DNA of 64,000 nt from Azolla caroliniana. Taxonomy: Eukaryota > Plantae > Polypodiophyta. Within the stretch, counting starts at the first letter, position 1, and each line of letters starts with the position of its first letter. The stretch is taken from the NCBI GenBank assembly GCA_043228905.1, contig JBHGNT010000001.1:33108001-33172000 (forward strand), written 5' to 3'. Below, one piece after another: positions 12,412-25,005 of the stretch. The position numbers and the translations under genes are program-made. The notes beneath the pieces are model-generated. The model did no database searches, had not been told where the DNA came from, and saw nothing but the letters and a program-made list of their open reading frames with translations.

Positions 12412-13093
12412 CTGCACAGTAGTCGGTCCTTCAATCTGCTGTCGGCCGTCGTCTCAGCCTGCACAGCATTCGGTTTCCTGCGTTATTCGAAGAAGAGAGA
12501 AGAAGAAGAGAAACGAGGCTTGCATCTCCTCGCGTCAGATCATCTTCGCTTGGAGTAAGCCAGCCGGTTGTACTCCGTTCCTTGTGATCGCAACGCTCGA
12601 GGTGAAATCCCCTTGTGCAACATTGACACGATCGTGCTCCACTCGGTTAAACGGCATCCGAAAAGGTCATTGAACGCTGCTCGCCGCTCATTGTAACCAC
12701 TCGGTGCAGATCGGTCTCAAGACAACAACCCCAAATTCGTGCTTCATCTGGCTGATCGACATTCGGGAGGATCAGTTGGATCCGTCTCTCTCGTCGCTGC
12801 AGTCAACCGAAGCAGAATCGGTCCAGATAATCGGTTTCAATAATCGGTATTCGGCATAAATATCCGAAGCGAACCGGGCTCACTCCGACTCGGCAACATT
12901 CGGGAAGACCAGTCGGTTCTGTCCCTCAAGCTACCGGAGTCAATTCGAGCAAGTTCAACAATACATATATCCGAAGCCGAACCGACTCGGGTTCAAATCC
13001 GACTAGAACAATATCGGGTGAGCCAACCGACTGCACTCCAACAAGGTTCGTAGTCAACTCCGAACCGAGCTTCGTCAACCGAAACCAAATTTG

Positions 13094-16000
13094 ATGGCAT
13101 CAACATCAACATCCGGCTCGTCAGAAATGAGTCTACGAAAGTTCGATGGATCGAACTTCAACTTCTGGAAGGAACAAATGCAGGACTATCTCATAGTCAA
13201 GGGGCAAATCGATCCCATCGAAAATGAAGAACCTCCAGAAGGATACAAACCAATTGAGTGGCAGAAGCTAGACAGAATCGTCCGCGCCACGATTCGGATG
13301 CACCTATCGGAATCGGTATACTTTACGGTGCAATCGTGTACGACAGCATTCGAACTGTGGAAAACACTGTCGGACACTTACGAAAAGAAGGTCGCCGCAA
13401 CAAAGATGTTTCTGATCCGGCGCCTCTACAACTTACGGATGAAAGAATCCGACTCGGTTCAAGCACACCTCAATGAGTACGAAAGCATAAGCTCCCAAAT
13501 CTCGTCACAGGGGACGGCAATCGAGGATGAACTCAGAGCAATGATACTCATGAGTAGCCTTCCCTCATCATGGGAAACTTTCGTCACAACCGTGTGCAAC
13601 GCGTCAACCACGGCTGTTAAATACTCCGAAGTCACGAGCGCAATCCTGACCGAAGCAGCTCGGAGAAAGTCTTTCGCCAAAGACTCAACAGACGACGCTT
13701 ACGTAGTACAAGGCTCGACAGACCGATCGAACATACGAGGAAGAGACTCCTCACGGCCGCCGAACAATCAGCGAAGACGGAGCCAGTCACGGGATAACCG
13801 AATCTGCAACTATTGCAAGAAACCCGGACACATCAAAGCTGACTGCCGCGCACTCAAGAACAAGAACAACAAGAAGAGTGGCCGGCATGAGGAGGTCAAT
13901 TACGTCAGCTTCTCAGCTGATGTGCTACCAGACGACCCGAATATACTATCAATCGAAAATCCAGTCGGATCAGAAGTCCTACTCACGACTGAAGAGTCGA
14001 GCACATGGCTCTTAGATTCGGGCGCGTCATTTCACGTGACTCCTCATCGATCCCAATTTCGGCAATATACGATCCGTCACTCCGACTCAGTTCGAGTCGG
14101 CAACTCACAACACTGTGACATCATCAGAATCGGCACAGTAGAGCTCAACCTTGCAGGTGGCTCTACACTTGTACTCCACAATGTCTGACATGTACCCGAG
14201 CTCTCAAGGCCATTGATCTCAGTCGGACAACTAGATGAAGACGGCATTCGTGCCGGTTTTTCTTCGGGAGGGTGGACACTCCACAGGGGGAACCTCCTAC
14301 TTGCTAGAGGACCCAAGATACACTCACTGTATCCGTTACATGTTACGCTCAGAGAGGGTAACCTGTTTTTGGTGGATATTCCTGTGTCATCACTATGGCA
14401 CCGAAGATTAGGACACCTCAGCAAGGCCGGCATTACGCATCTATCTAGAGCCGGATACATCCCCAAACTCTCCTTCTCCGACCATCAATTCTGCGAGCAT
14501 TGCCAGTATGGCAAACAAGCAGCCGCATCACACCCGACATCAGCACCAAGAGAAACGAGACCTCTCGATTTGGTCCACTCGGACGTCTGTGGCCCAATGC
14601 CGCATCAGTCTCTCGGCGGTGCCTCTTACTTCGTCACTTTTATTGACGATTCGACTCGAAAGGTGTGGGCTTATCCGATTCGCACCAAAGATCGGGTCCT
14701 CTCGATCTTCTCAGATTGGCTCGCTATGGTAGAAAATCAAACCGACCGAAAACTGAAATGCTTTCGGACCGACAATGGGGGAGAGTTCAAATCCGATGAA
14801 TTCGTCAAATTCTGCCGACAACGCGGCATCCGACGTGAATTTACGGCACCACACAGTCCGGAGCAAAACGGGATTGCAGAACGAATGAATCGGACAATCC
14901 AAGAAAGGATAGTTTCCATGCTCCAACACTCCGGACTGTCGGATGGCTTCTGGGCAGAGGCTCTACTCACGGCAGTACACATAATCAATATGTCGCCAAG
15001 TAGACCTCTAGGACTTCAAATTCCTCAGGAACTATGGATCGGCAGTAAGCCGAATTACGACAAGCTGAGGATCTTCGGATGCGAGGCGTACGCCCTTATT
15101 CCGAAAGATGATCGCCGAAAACTTGCACCTCGGTCCAGGAAATGCATTTTCCTTGGATATGGATCAGACGGCGAAATGGGATACCGACTCTGGGACCCCG
15201 AACGCAGACAAATCGTTCGAAGTTCGGACGTTGTGTTCAACGAGTCGGCTATGAATCCATCAGTCGAAAAACCGATCGAAGTCCGAAGGGTAACATTTTC
15301 CGATGTGCCGACCCTTCAAGAAGGCCCCGCTCTCAACACACGGTCAGCTTCACGGGTAGCTGCACCTTACACTACCGACTCGGACAACTCCGACTCGGCA
15401 CAGCAGAACAATCCGCTTTCGGACCATCCGACCTCGATACCCGATGCGACCAGTCCAATCATACCTCGACGATCCGAGAGACTGTCGCAACCTCCGGAGA
15501 GGTACTCTCCTGGAATTTTCTTCACCGACGCCGGCGAACCGACGTCTTACGAAGAAGCATCGACATCTGTCGATTCCGCCACCTGGCATCTGGCGATGGA
15601 GTCGGAAATGCACTCCATTCGGGCAAACAAGACTTGGGATCTGGTCGAATTACCTAGGAACCGACGTGCTCTTCCTTGCAAGTGGGTTTATCGACTAAAA
15701 GAGACGTCTGATTCGACCACCCCAAAGTACAAGGCCAGATTAGTTGCGAAGGGCTTCCGACAAGAATATGGCGTCGACTTCGACGAGATTTTTTCACCAG
15801 TGGTGAAAATGACAACCCTTCGTTTTCTACTCGGCGTAGTGGCAGCCGACAACTTGGAGCTGATTCAGCTAGATGTCAAAACAGCATTCCTCCATGGTGA
15901 TCTCGAAGAGGAAATTTATATGGAGCAGCCAAAGGGCTTCGTGGCAACTGGCCAAGAACATCTAGTCTGCCGACTCAGGAAGAGTCTATACGGCCTCAAA

Positions 16001-17113
16001 CAGGCACCGCGACAATGGTACAAGAAGTTCGACGACTTCATCCAATCGATCGGCTTCTCAAAAAGCGATGAGGACCATTGTCTCTTCACCAACACAGCTC
16101 AAGATGGATCACCCATCTTCCTCATCATTTACGTGGACGACATGCTAATTTCTAGACGCCACGCGGGCGAACTTGCCGATCTCATTCGGCAACTGCGGTT
16201 GAAGTTTGCCATGAAGGACCTCGGTCCGGCACGACACATACTCGGCATGAAGATTAGTCGGCATCGCGATAAACGACATCTTTTTTTGTCTCAGACCGAC
16301 TATATCGGACGTGTCTTGGAATGCTTCAACATGCAATCAGCCAAATCTGCTTCAACCCCGCTCCCAATGAATCTTCGGCTCTCTCAGCGAGACTGCCCGA
16401 CATCCGGCCCGGAGGGGGAAGATATGAAGTCGGTACCGTATGCACCGGCAGTCGGCTCCCTTATGTACCTGATGGTCGCGACACGGCCTGATATTTCTCA
16501 TGCCGTAGGAGTTGTTAGCAGATTTATGCACAATCCTGGCCGATCGCATTGGAACGCAGTCAAGCATGTGTTCAGATATCTGGCTGGCACAAAAGACCAT
16601 GGCATTCTTTTCGGTCCGAACCGAACCTCAGGCGTAGTCGGTTACACCGACTCGGACTTCGCCGGCTGTATAGACAGTCGGAAATCAACAACCGGATACT
16701 GCTTCAAATTCGGCAATGGAGCAATCTCGTGGAAGTCGAAACTTCAGGAGTGCACAGCGACCTCAACGACCGAAGCAGAATATGTAGCTGCGTCCGACGC
16801 AGCAAAAGAAGCTTTGTGGCTCGGTCGGCTGGCGCACACGTTTCGACAAGTCGACCATCACTCGGCTCCAGTTGTCTACAGCGACAGTCAAGGTGCTGTT
16901 GCCTTGTCGAAAAATCCGGTTCACCACAACGCCTCCAAACATATCGACGTTCGATATCACTTCGTTCGGGACTGCGTCATTTCAGGGAAAATCGGTCTAG
17001 AGAAAATATCCACAACAGACAATGTCGCAGATGGAATGACCAAGTGTCTTTCGGCAGACCGCTTTCGGTTTCTTCGGCATCAGATGGGCGTAACGACAAA
17101 CCAGTCCGGTTAG
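13094..17113 (+). pseudogene. Copia gag-pol polyprotein interrupted by one in-frame TGA at 14186-14188
   Basis: The two ORFs are in the same frame. Zinc knuckle CNYCKKPGHIKADC; protease WLLDSGASFH; integrase HSDVCGP / RTDNGGEF / NGIAERMNRT; RT KARLVAKGF / DVKTAFLHG / YVDDML; RNase H YTDSDFAG / TEAEY / SDSQGA / NVADGMTK. Confidence 0.95.
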
Positions 17114-17305
17114 AGCCGGACACAGAGCAGGATGGTTCCCGACAACCGACATCAGTTCCTTAATGATCGGCTTCAACTGTTCCGACCCGACCAGTTCGGT
17201 CTTCTGCCTTCGGACCCTGCCGACTCGACAAAGCTGACATGTCCGAGAACCTAAGTCTATACCTGTAATCTTAGATAACCCATGTATACGCCCATTACGG
17301 GGGAG

Positions 17306-17476
17306 TGTCGAATACAAGTGTATAATGGACGTATTCACACTATCCCTTTGGGCCATTTGTGTAATTAGCATAAAGGGTAGTTGCCCTAAGTCGGTCACTA
17401 TATATAGTGACCTTGTAACCTCTTTGTAAGGTTGGGTGTTGTATTGTTGCTTTGTTGAATAAGAAAGTCTTTTGTG

Positions 17477-17525
<49 letters not shown>

Positions 17526-17611
17526 AACGACCTACAATCTGTCATACGCAGGTATTCAGAAAACAAAAGAATGCTTCTTGATCTTCCGCATAGACGACCT
17601 CGTCCCCAACA
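17306..17611 (+). repeat. 3' LTR (306 bp), preceded by polypurine tract ACGGGGGAG
   Basis: Direct repeat of 12090-12397. Confidence 0.97.
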
Positions 17612-17955
17612 CTCACAACAAAGGAAGTAGAAGTAAATATTCTTGTTGTTTAGAGCAAGCGTCTCAAATATTTGTTTGAGATTCAAACCTTGTCGGGTAT
17701 GACAAGCTTGTAGTTATAGATTCAGAAGTTTCAAAAGAATATAATGACAAGATAAAACATGTGAATTCTTTGGAAGTGTACTTTTCAACGTTGATGATTT
17801 TAGCTTCACCTTCCCAATGACAACAAATGAAATAATTACAATCCTTACAATGTTGGAGACAAAGACCAAAAGTAATATCAACATGGTGGTAGACGTTGGA
17901 AAGCCCAAAGATGTTGGCTGCAAAGATTAACGTAAGGATGGGTAATGGATATGTT

Positions 17956-18174
17956 CATAGTATGAACCATACGTGCATTCACATTCGAGTATGGTAAACA
18001 CCCTCGAAATATGGTAAATACCATACTTTTGTATCTATTATTTATTATAAGGTAAGAAAGCTAAGGTAAAAAGTGTAAAAAAAAACATAAGAATGTTTTG
18101 ATAACATACGCATTCATTTGCATTCGTATGGAAAAGAATGTTTGCCAATGCATTCGAGAATATTATGTACTATG
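17956..18174. mobile_element. Short non-autonomous hAT-like element (MITE), 219 bp
   Basis: 8-bp TSD GATATGTT at 17948-17955 and 18175-18182; termini CATAGTA...TACTATG; internal GCATTCG-type subterminal motifs similar to the element at 46047. Confidence 0.75.
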
Positions 18175-18689
18175 GATATGTTCACTCATTTTAATACATC
18201 GTACTGAGGTTTCCAGTTAAGATGGAATACCTTCGTGAGTGTGAGTTCTACTAACCTAGACCAAAGATGATCCATCTCATGGTTGTTAAATTTAGATGTC
18301 TAGCCAATCAACTCATTTATTTTTTGCCCTTCTATTAACATCTGTATTTTCTTCTTTTCTTGCATTTAATAGTATTGCCTCTTCTTGTTCCTCACTATTC
18401 CATTATATTGATACAATGTTAGGACGTTCTAATTTTAAATTTATCTTTTGCGAGCTTGAGATGAGCCTTGGATTCTTCATCAAACCAAGTATTGCAAGGG
18501 AAATTAAACACTTGTTGTTTCACATCTTTACTAATGGAGAGGTTCATGACATAGCTCTCAACCTCAAAAGAAAAAGATGTCTAGTGGCAAAGTGGTAGAG
18601 GCAACTTTAATGACAAGTGAACTCATGAAATGGACAAGACCACAAACTCATCCAATCCATAAAGAATTATCACAGATCAAGCTCTTAAG

Positions 18690-20100
18690 CAAGGTTTTTT
18701 GGAAGATTAGCCATGAATTGTATTAAAACAAACCATAAAGGAGCGAAAAGTTTGGTATCGAACAATCATGGTTATTTTCGTTTTGGCCAAGTTATATAGT
18801 CTTATGCAACAAAAACTTAACTCATGCGTTGAACATCATCACAATGAGCACTTGGTCACGTAGGGTTTAGACCAAAACACTCAAAGTGTCAATCATTTGG
18901 TTACACTAAGAGTATTCATGGAAGAAAATCAACTTCAAGGGAAAACTCTATATTGTTGTTTTGAGGAATTCAAGGAAGCCTTTCAAATTGTACCCAAGCA
19001 TGAGCATTGGAAAAGAATTATAGAGATCAAAATGATATTAGAGTGTAACGTAGTAGTAGCACAATTGTATAAGCAAGTTAGGTGCCAATTGCAACTATGG
19101 ATAGTGGTTTCCCAAAGTACTTTTTGAGAAACTTGAGGATCCAGAAGGGTGTTTATTCTCTCCCGTAAGCTTTATTCTATCCATCGGTAATTAAATACAT
19201 AGTAAACAAGGTGCAAAAGAATGATTGGTCAATTGCCCATTAGTCGTAGATGTCAATGATGTTGTTTTTTCCTATTATACTTTAGGATATGTAACATTTA
19301 TTTGTATTTGACGCATTCTATCAAATTAGAGGGCTAATTGTTAATGTGGATGAAACAAAAATGATGGCAATAAAGACAATACAACAAAGACATACCCCAC
19401 TTTTACATACTAGGGAGAACAATTATAATTGGTGCAAAGCTTCAAATATGTTGGTATTAATGTCCCATCAACAAATAGGTGGAATGTATATTATACGAAT
19501 CTAGACTTCAACAAGAGGGTTGTAATTATTATATGTTCGAGACTCATTGCAACCAAGGTGATACTCGAGGATGAGAAGTGAGATTGATATTCAATGCTAT
19601 GGTGGTCCAAGTGTTGCTTTATGGAGTGGAGGTGTGGGTTTGAACTTTGAACCATCTCACTTAGTGCATGGAATGAAATAGAAAAAATGCAGAAATGGGT
19701 GAATATTTTTATTTTTAAAATGCAGAAATTGCTCTTACGTAGACAATTGGGGATAATATCCTATCATGCTTTTAGAAATAGGTGCGCAAGCCATAGAGGA
19801 ACTAGCGATGCAATGAGTATACAAGAGACAATTGTATGCCCAATCATAGATTGCCAAAACAAGCTTGGAATATAGGAACGAAGGTATAAAAACTAATAAG
19901 AGCAAAATCCTCTCATCTAGCTCAACACTTAACATTATGAAATGATTTTAGAGTTGACGAGTACAAGATCTATAGGAGCTCTCACATGATGATATGAAGC
20001 ATATGATGGTGGAGGATAACTTATTAGAGGCCCTAAGGATGAAATAGCAAGATTCTAAAACTCAAAGTTAAATATTACATTGCAAATATTAACCCCCAAG
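18690..20100 (+). mobile_element. Degenerate RTE-like LINE reverse transcriptase fragment
   Basis: GFRPKHS...VTLRVFMEE...GKTLYCCFEEFKEAFQIVP resembles the RT motif LYCCFVDFKKAFDTVP; also QSFKYVGI and VLLYGVEVW. Many stops and frameshifts; boundaries approximate. Confidence 0.75.
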
Positions 20101-20689
20101 ATTGGCCCCAATACAAGGTCAACACATCAAAACATATCCAATCTCATCTCACTACCCCCATGAGCCTTGGGTCTCAAAGAGCCTTAACATGTCTTCAAAG
20201 TGGCCCAAACAATTTACGTGTCTTAGCACATGGTAATGTTATAGCAACAAATAATATGACACCAAATGAATCATATTGTGTACACAACTTTCACTTGGAT
20301 GTTTAGATTGCATGAATTTGTTCTCAATCTTTTGGGATATTTAGTGAATGGGGTTCTTATTTAAAACTTCCATATCAAGTATGTAGATAGTTAAATGTTG
20401 TCATATGATACCTACCACATATACATAATTGTTTCTTTCTATCTAGCCTTGTATGTGTCTTTCTCTTATATAATTTATTTACCCTAGTGATAGAGATTTA
20501 TATTACTAATTTTTTTATATATACCAAAACCAAAATATCCTTCCATTAGTTTTTAGAAAAGTCATAACAACTGCAACATACAAAATATTTTTTCCCAACT
20601 CATCTTTATAAGACGATGGTTAAGGAAACAAATCTATGTACTCCAAAGTAGAGGAAAAACTAATCTGAAAGTTATTCTATAGACACATT

Positions 20690-21420
20690 CCAAGCTATTC
20701 CATTGACAACAACAAAAGTAGTTGCATCCAGAGACAAGCCCTCGCAGCTCATAGATATGAACCATTTCAATGCTTCTTCAACCTACTCCTGTTCATCATA
20801 ATTTGTAATCAATACATTCCAAGCTACAACAGAAACAAAAGTTGTGACATCCAGAGACGAGCCCTCGCAACTCCTAGATTGGAACCATTAGAATGATTTT
20901 TCAGGATGTTGTATCCACCAATGCAAATCCAATAAATCTTCCTTTACCCTAAAAACTGAATGCTACCAAAAGCTTCCAAGGTAGAGAACAATGTATTCCA
21001 TGCCTCTACATCTCGGTTTTGAAGGCAATCAAATACATTCTGTGCTTCTTTAAGACAACCACATTTCATATGCTCGTCTGTAAACACAAAAAGAATGCTT
21101 CCTCTTTCCACAACAATCATCTTGTTGGTTACCACCAAATTCCTGGTTCTATACTCCCTCCATTCTCTTGAAACTACCTCGTATACATGAAGACACTGAA
21201 CCATTTGTATGCTCACACAACTTCGGAGAACCATAGCATGCAGACCATTCTTCAAATTACATCATTCTGCCACATCCAATCCTTGTTGTATGATCACCAA
21301 GTAAACCACAAAAATCTCTGTTGAACCATGATCCATCTAGCCACATATAGCATATGTCCAACAAAGCCTTTCCAAGCTCAATATTGTCTTTTAGCAGTTT
21401 GATACTCATGATTCCATTAC
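20690..21420 (-). pseudogene. Pentatricopeptide-repeat (PLS-type) gene remnant
   Basis: Fragments LGKALLDM, HMKCGCLKEAQNVFDCLQNRDVEAWNTL and VVAWNVLITNY..VEEALKWF are PPR motifs, broken by stops and frameshifts, with an internal duplicated segment (gagacaagccctcgcagctc vs gagacgagccctcgcaactc). Confidence 0.75.
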
Positions 21421-21555
21421 TAGCCTTAGTTCTTGGGGTTGAGACCCAACTTTCACACCTCTTTATTCATATTTTTTTTAATTGACTAGATGCCATTATG
21501 AAATGTGGCGTGGAACTCATGACCTTCTTATGGGCCAATTTTGGCCTTAGAAGAC

Positions 21556-21595
<40 letters not shown>

Positions 21596-21597
<2 letters not shown>

Positions 21598-21965
21598 CAA
21601 TCAACAACGGTTCGATTCAGTTTGGTTTGAGAGTGTCAAAATTGAATTGTTTAAACATATTGAAACTTGAACCGAACCGAACCACGAAACCGTTAAACAA
21701 TAAAAACCACGGTTTCATGTTTTGGTTTCAATTTTCAATTTAGGTCAAAATTCAATTTTTAAAATTTAAAATATTTCATTATTTTAAAATTTCAAAATTT
21801 GAAAGATTTTCCTAAAATGTGAGAATAAGGCCTAAAAATGAAAAGATTGTTTAAAAACAAAATTTTAATTTTTTTTTTTAAATTTTAAAATTGTTAAACT
21901 GTTTAAACCGCAATTTCTAACTATTGTGGTTCGGTTCAGTTCAAACCGAACCATTGCCGATTGTT
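21596..21965. mobile_element. MITE with imperfect TIRs of about 19 bp and AACCG/CGGTT subterminal repeats
   Basis: aacaatcaacaacggttcg ... cgaaccattgccgattgtt; many aaccg/cggtt motifs around an AT-rich core. No TSD recognised. Confidence 0.65.
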
Positions 21966-21974
21966 TCCACTACA

Positions 21975-23855
21975 CTACATGGGTCGTGGAACATGTTGAA
22001 TTGCCAATAGGCAAGATGAACACTCCACTGAGGAAAGAATTTCCACTTGCTCCAATAAAGAAAATTGCCACATTAGTACTCCCTTCAACTTTCGTAGATA
22101 TGCTTTCACTCCATGTCTACCATCAAATACAAAAGCGTTGCACATGTTCCAATTATGACGCAATCCCCAGTATCTCAGAAATAGAAAAACGATCTCCATC
22201 TCTGATTTTGGGTCAACCTATGTAAATTGTGCAAACACCCACTGTCTAGGTGTCAAATAACACCGTGATAAAACTTGCCAAATTTGAGAAATGTAACTCC
22301 AAACTTGACAAGCAATTAGACATTGTATAAATCGATGAGTGTTATCTTCCATTTGAACAGTGCAAAAAAAACAATTACCCATTGCTAGTCCACGACGCTT
22401 TAGAGCTAATCCCAAAGGCAATCCTCCAATCAAAACTCTCCAAATGAAGACCTTTGCTACAAGTGGCAATTTGGAATGCCAAATACGTTGTAAGATCTAC
22501 CACCACCCATGATCTTATTTGTGTATTTTCCATTTTTCTTCAGCCTTAGATGATAACCGTCCAAGAGACTCAACAGAGCAATGATACAACATATTAGTAG
22601 TCGCTTGTAACAATGACGTTTGACCCCCTAAACACCAATCAATCCACGGTTGTTCTCCTGTTTGTAGAGGGTAAGGACCTTGCATCAATGCAATATTTTG
22701 TAGTTGTTCCCAAATAACCCACAATTAGGCAGGATGTGTAATATTTGTCGCACTTCAACAAACTCCAAAATTCTTTGAGATGGAGCCTGAACTATACATA
22801 TCTCCCACCTCTTTGACCCCCAAACGAAACAAACGATTAAATTGAGAGCACAATCTCTCCTTTCCTGGCCAACATAATAACCAAGAAGACACAAGTAACT
22901 CTTTTTGCAATGAATTACAATGCTCTTTGTTAGATGATGGTTTCCATACACTTAACAAGTCTAGTTCTTCTTGCCATGAACTAACTAAGTGTTGGACACA
23001 TGAAAAGCCCGGAATCCTAAGTGAAATACATCCATTCAGTAATTGCCACCATGAAGCCTTAATCGTTGTCCTCCCATGTGTTAAACCCTTGTTCTCAATG
23101 AAATATTGAACAATAGATATCCACGATTGTGAGTTTGAACACATCTCTTGAAATAATGAAAATCTACGAGCCATCATATGCATAGATAAGTTCAATATTC
23201 TACCTCCCCCAAGTGCTTAGGGTTGCTATATGATTCCACGTAACCCAAGTGATTCCCGTCTTATCCCTCTTCTTCCACAACAAATATCGAAGATGTTGCA
23301 AAACAGAATGCAAAGCCTTTTTGTCCATGGAAACAATGGCAAGTAATATAATATCATGGGTTCATAATACATTGGACAACCTTCGAGCGTACATGAAATG
23401 GCCAAGATTGTGACTTCCAATACATGATCTTATCCCTCAACTTATTAGACATCCATTCAATCAATTGACCATTTGTAACATTCATTCCTAATGGATAGCC
23501 CAAGTGTCGAAAAATAGAGCCTTTCTTCACTATGGATCCTTGCCATCCTAAAAATTCCAGATCCCTTTCAGTACATTATATGAGACTAGACTTCCTCCAA
23601 TTAATATGTAATCCGGAAGCCAATGCAAATTGGTTCCATACAAGCATCCCGTTCTCAAGATTCTCTTGTGAGGCTTGTAGAAACATGAAAGAATCATCAG
23701 CCAAAGCTTGTGCTACTAGTTGCTCTCCAGACGGAAGGTGTAGACCCACAATGTCACCATTTGTTGTGAGCCTTGATAGCATCACTGACAAGGGTGGAGT
23801 AACAATAGCAAACAACAATGGGCTAAGAGGGTATCCTTGACGAACGGATCTTGTG

Positions 23856-23857
<2 letters not shown>
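21975..23857 (-). mobile_element. 5'-truncated L1-clade LINE (RT C-terminal half plus zf-RVT), disrupted
   Basis: TRSVRQGYPLSPLLF and QALADDSFMFL (RT core); KVFIWRVLIGGLPLG...CFFCTVQMEDNTHRFIQC (zf-RVT); RYWGLRHNWNMCNAFVFDG (L1 C-terminus). Multiple stops and frameshifts. Confidence 0.9.
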
Positions 23858-23890
<33 letters not shown>

Positions 23891-23902
23891 TCGTAATTAC
23901 GT

Positions 23903-23985
23903 TACCCTAGTGGTAAGTTGTTAGCACTACAAGCACTGTGTTGTGGGTTTGAAACCCAACTTCCTCACCTCTCTATTATATATTG
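23903..23985 (+). mobile_element. Degenerate tRNA-derived SINE-like remnant (related copy at about 21415-21475)
   Basis: A-box-like tagtggtaagttgttagca and B-box-like ggtttgaaacc. The tail cccaacttcctcacctctctatt resembles cccaactttcacacctctttatt near 21445. Confidence 0.4.
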
Positions 23986-24671
23986 CTTACATATCTCTTA
24001 AATCACACACACACACTCTCTCTCTTTCTCTAGCACACCAAACTACAAAACAAATCTATTACTTAGTCACATTCCCTTCAATGTGAAACAAGACATTGGA
24101 GAATACAAACATACTAATTCCTGTTGCAGATTTTTCCCTAAACAAGTTCACTAGTCCAAGTATCACACTGCTATAATGCTCCATTCTTTAAGACAAACAA
24201 ACGTGCTTCCACACATTGTAAAGGAAGTCCAATCCCAACACTTTAAATTGCAAGATTCATTAGTAAAAATTCTTTTGGTCCCATATGTCATTCATTACCC
24301 CCCGGGAACAATAGTAAAATTTGGCTATCTCTCTTTGTCTCTTTCTTTGATCATAAATTACTTTGTTTTATTTCAATTCAATGGCATGTGTTAACACTAA
24401 AAAGACAAAGAACATCACGCACAAAGGCAAATTTAATTATGCTTGTAGAGAATGGTGCATCTCAACCACTTCTATATGTAAATTAAATATTTAGTCGACA
24501 AACATCATGTTTTAGTGAATCTAGAGATACCAATGCAGTTCGGTTCTTGTTAGACCTTTGTATAAGAGTATCCCATGCTTGAAAAAAGAGGTTGATTATG
24601 CAATTGCAAAGTACAATGTTAGAGAGGTTTTGCCTCATGTTCATGTAGAGTTTTTAGGATTTACATATATA

Positions 24672-25005
24672 TAATGCATGATGTTGGTCCTAGATAGCAA
24701 CCCTGGTTATCTTATTCAATAAATGTATCTATTTTGGAAATACATGTAGTACTTCATCAATTATTTATTGACATGGAGACAAGTTTTTCTCTCACTTTTC
24801 ATAGGTAGTCAAAAATTAAGTTACTATAGAATTTAAGGATCTAATGCATGATCTTGTTCATGCTTGCCAATTTTAGTTAGCTCTCTCAATAAAGATATCT
24901 ATTTTGCAAACATATGCAATACATCATCAATTAATTATTGATATCCTCTCCAAGATGGGGACAAGTTTTTCTATCACTTTTGATTGGCGACCATAAAGTA
25001 AGTTA
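24672..25005. repeat. Diverged tandem duplication, unit about 170 bp
   Basis: taatgcatgat(g/c)ttg at 24672 and 24842, each followed by the shared blocks tatctattttg, catcaatta and acaagttttct. Confidence 0.7.

Larger units (their letters stand above)
12090..17611 (+). mobile_element. Full-length Ty1/copia LTR retrotransposon (Tnt1/Tork-like, lineage tentative), very recent insertion
   Basis: TG...CA LTRs at 12090-12397 and 17306-17611; 5-bp TSD CTCAC at 12085-12089 and 17612-17616; PBS TGGTATCAGAGC; polypurine tract before the 3' LTR; gag-PR-INT-RT-RH domain order. Confidence 0.98.

Noticed and set aside
14186-14194. Programmed stop-codon readthrough between gag and pol
   Set aside because: The TGA lies inside the protease domain at a position normally Arg (CGA), and the following CATGTA does not match the CARYYA readthrough signal. 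CpG deamination is the simpler explanation.
14077-17686. Long antisense and alternate-frame ORFs over the copia element (e.g. 16997-17686 minus, 16549-17163 plus)
   Set aside because: Expected shadows of a GC-rich coding region and the CT microsatellite; no env-like or other domain recognised.
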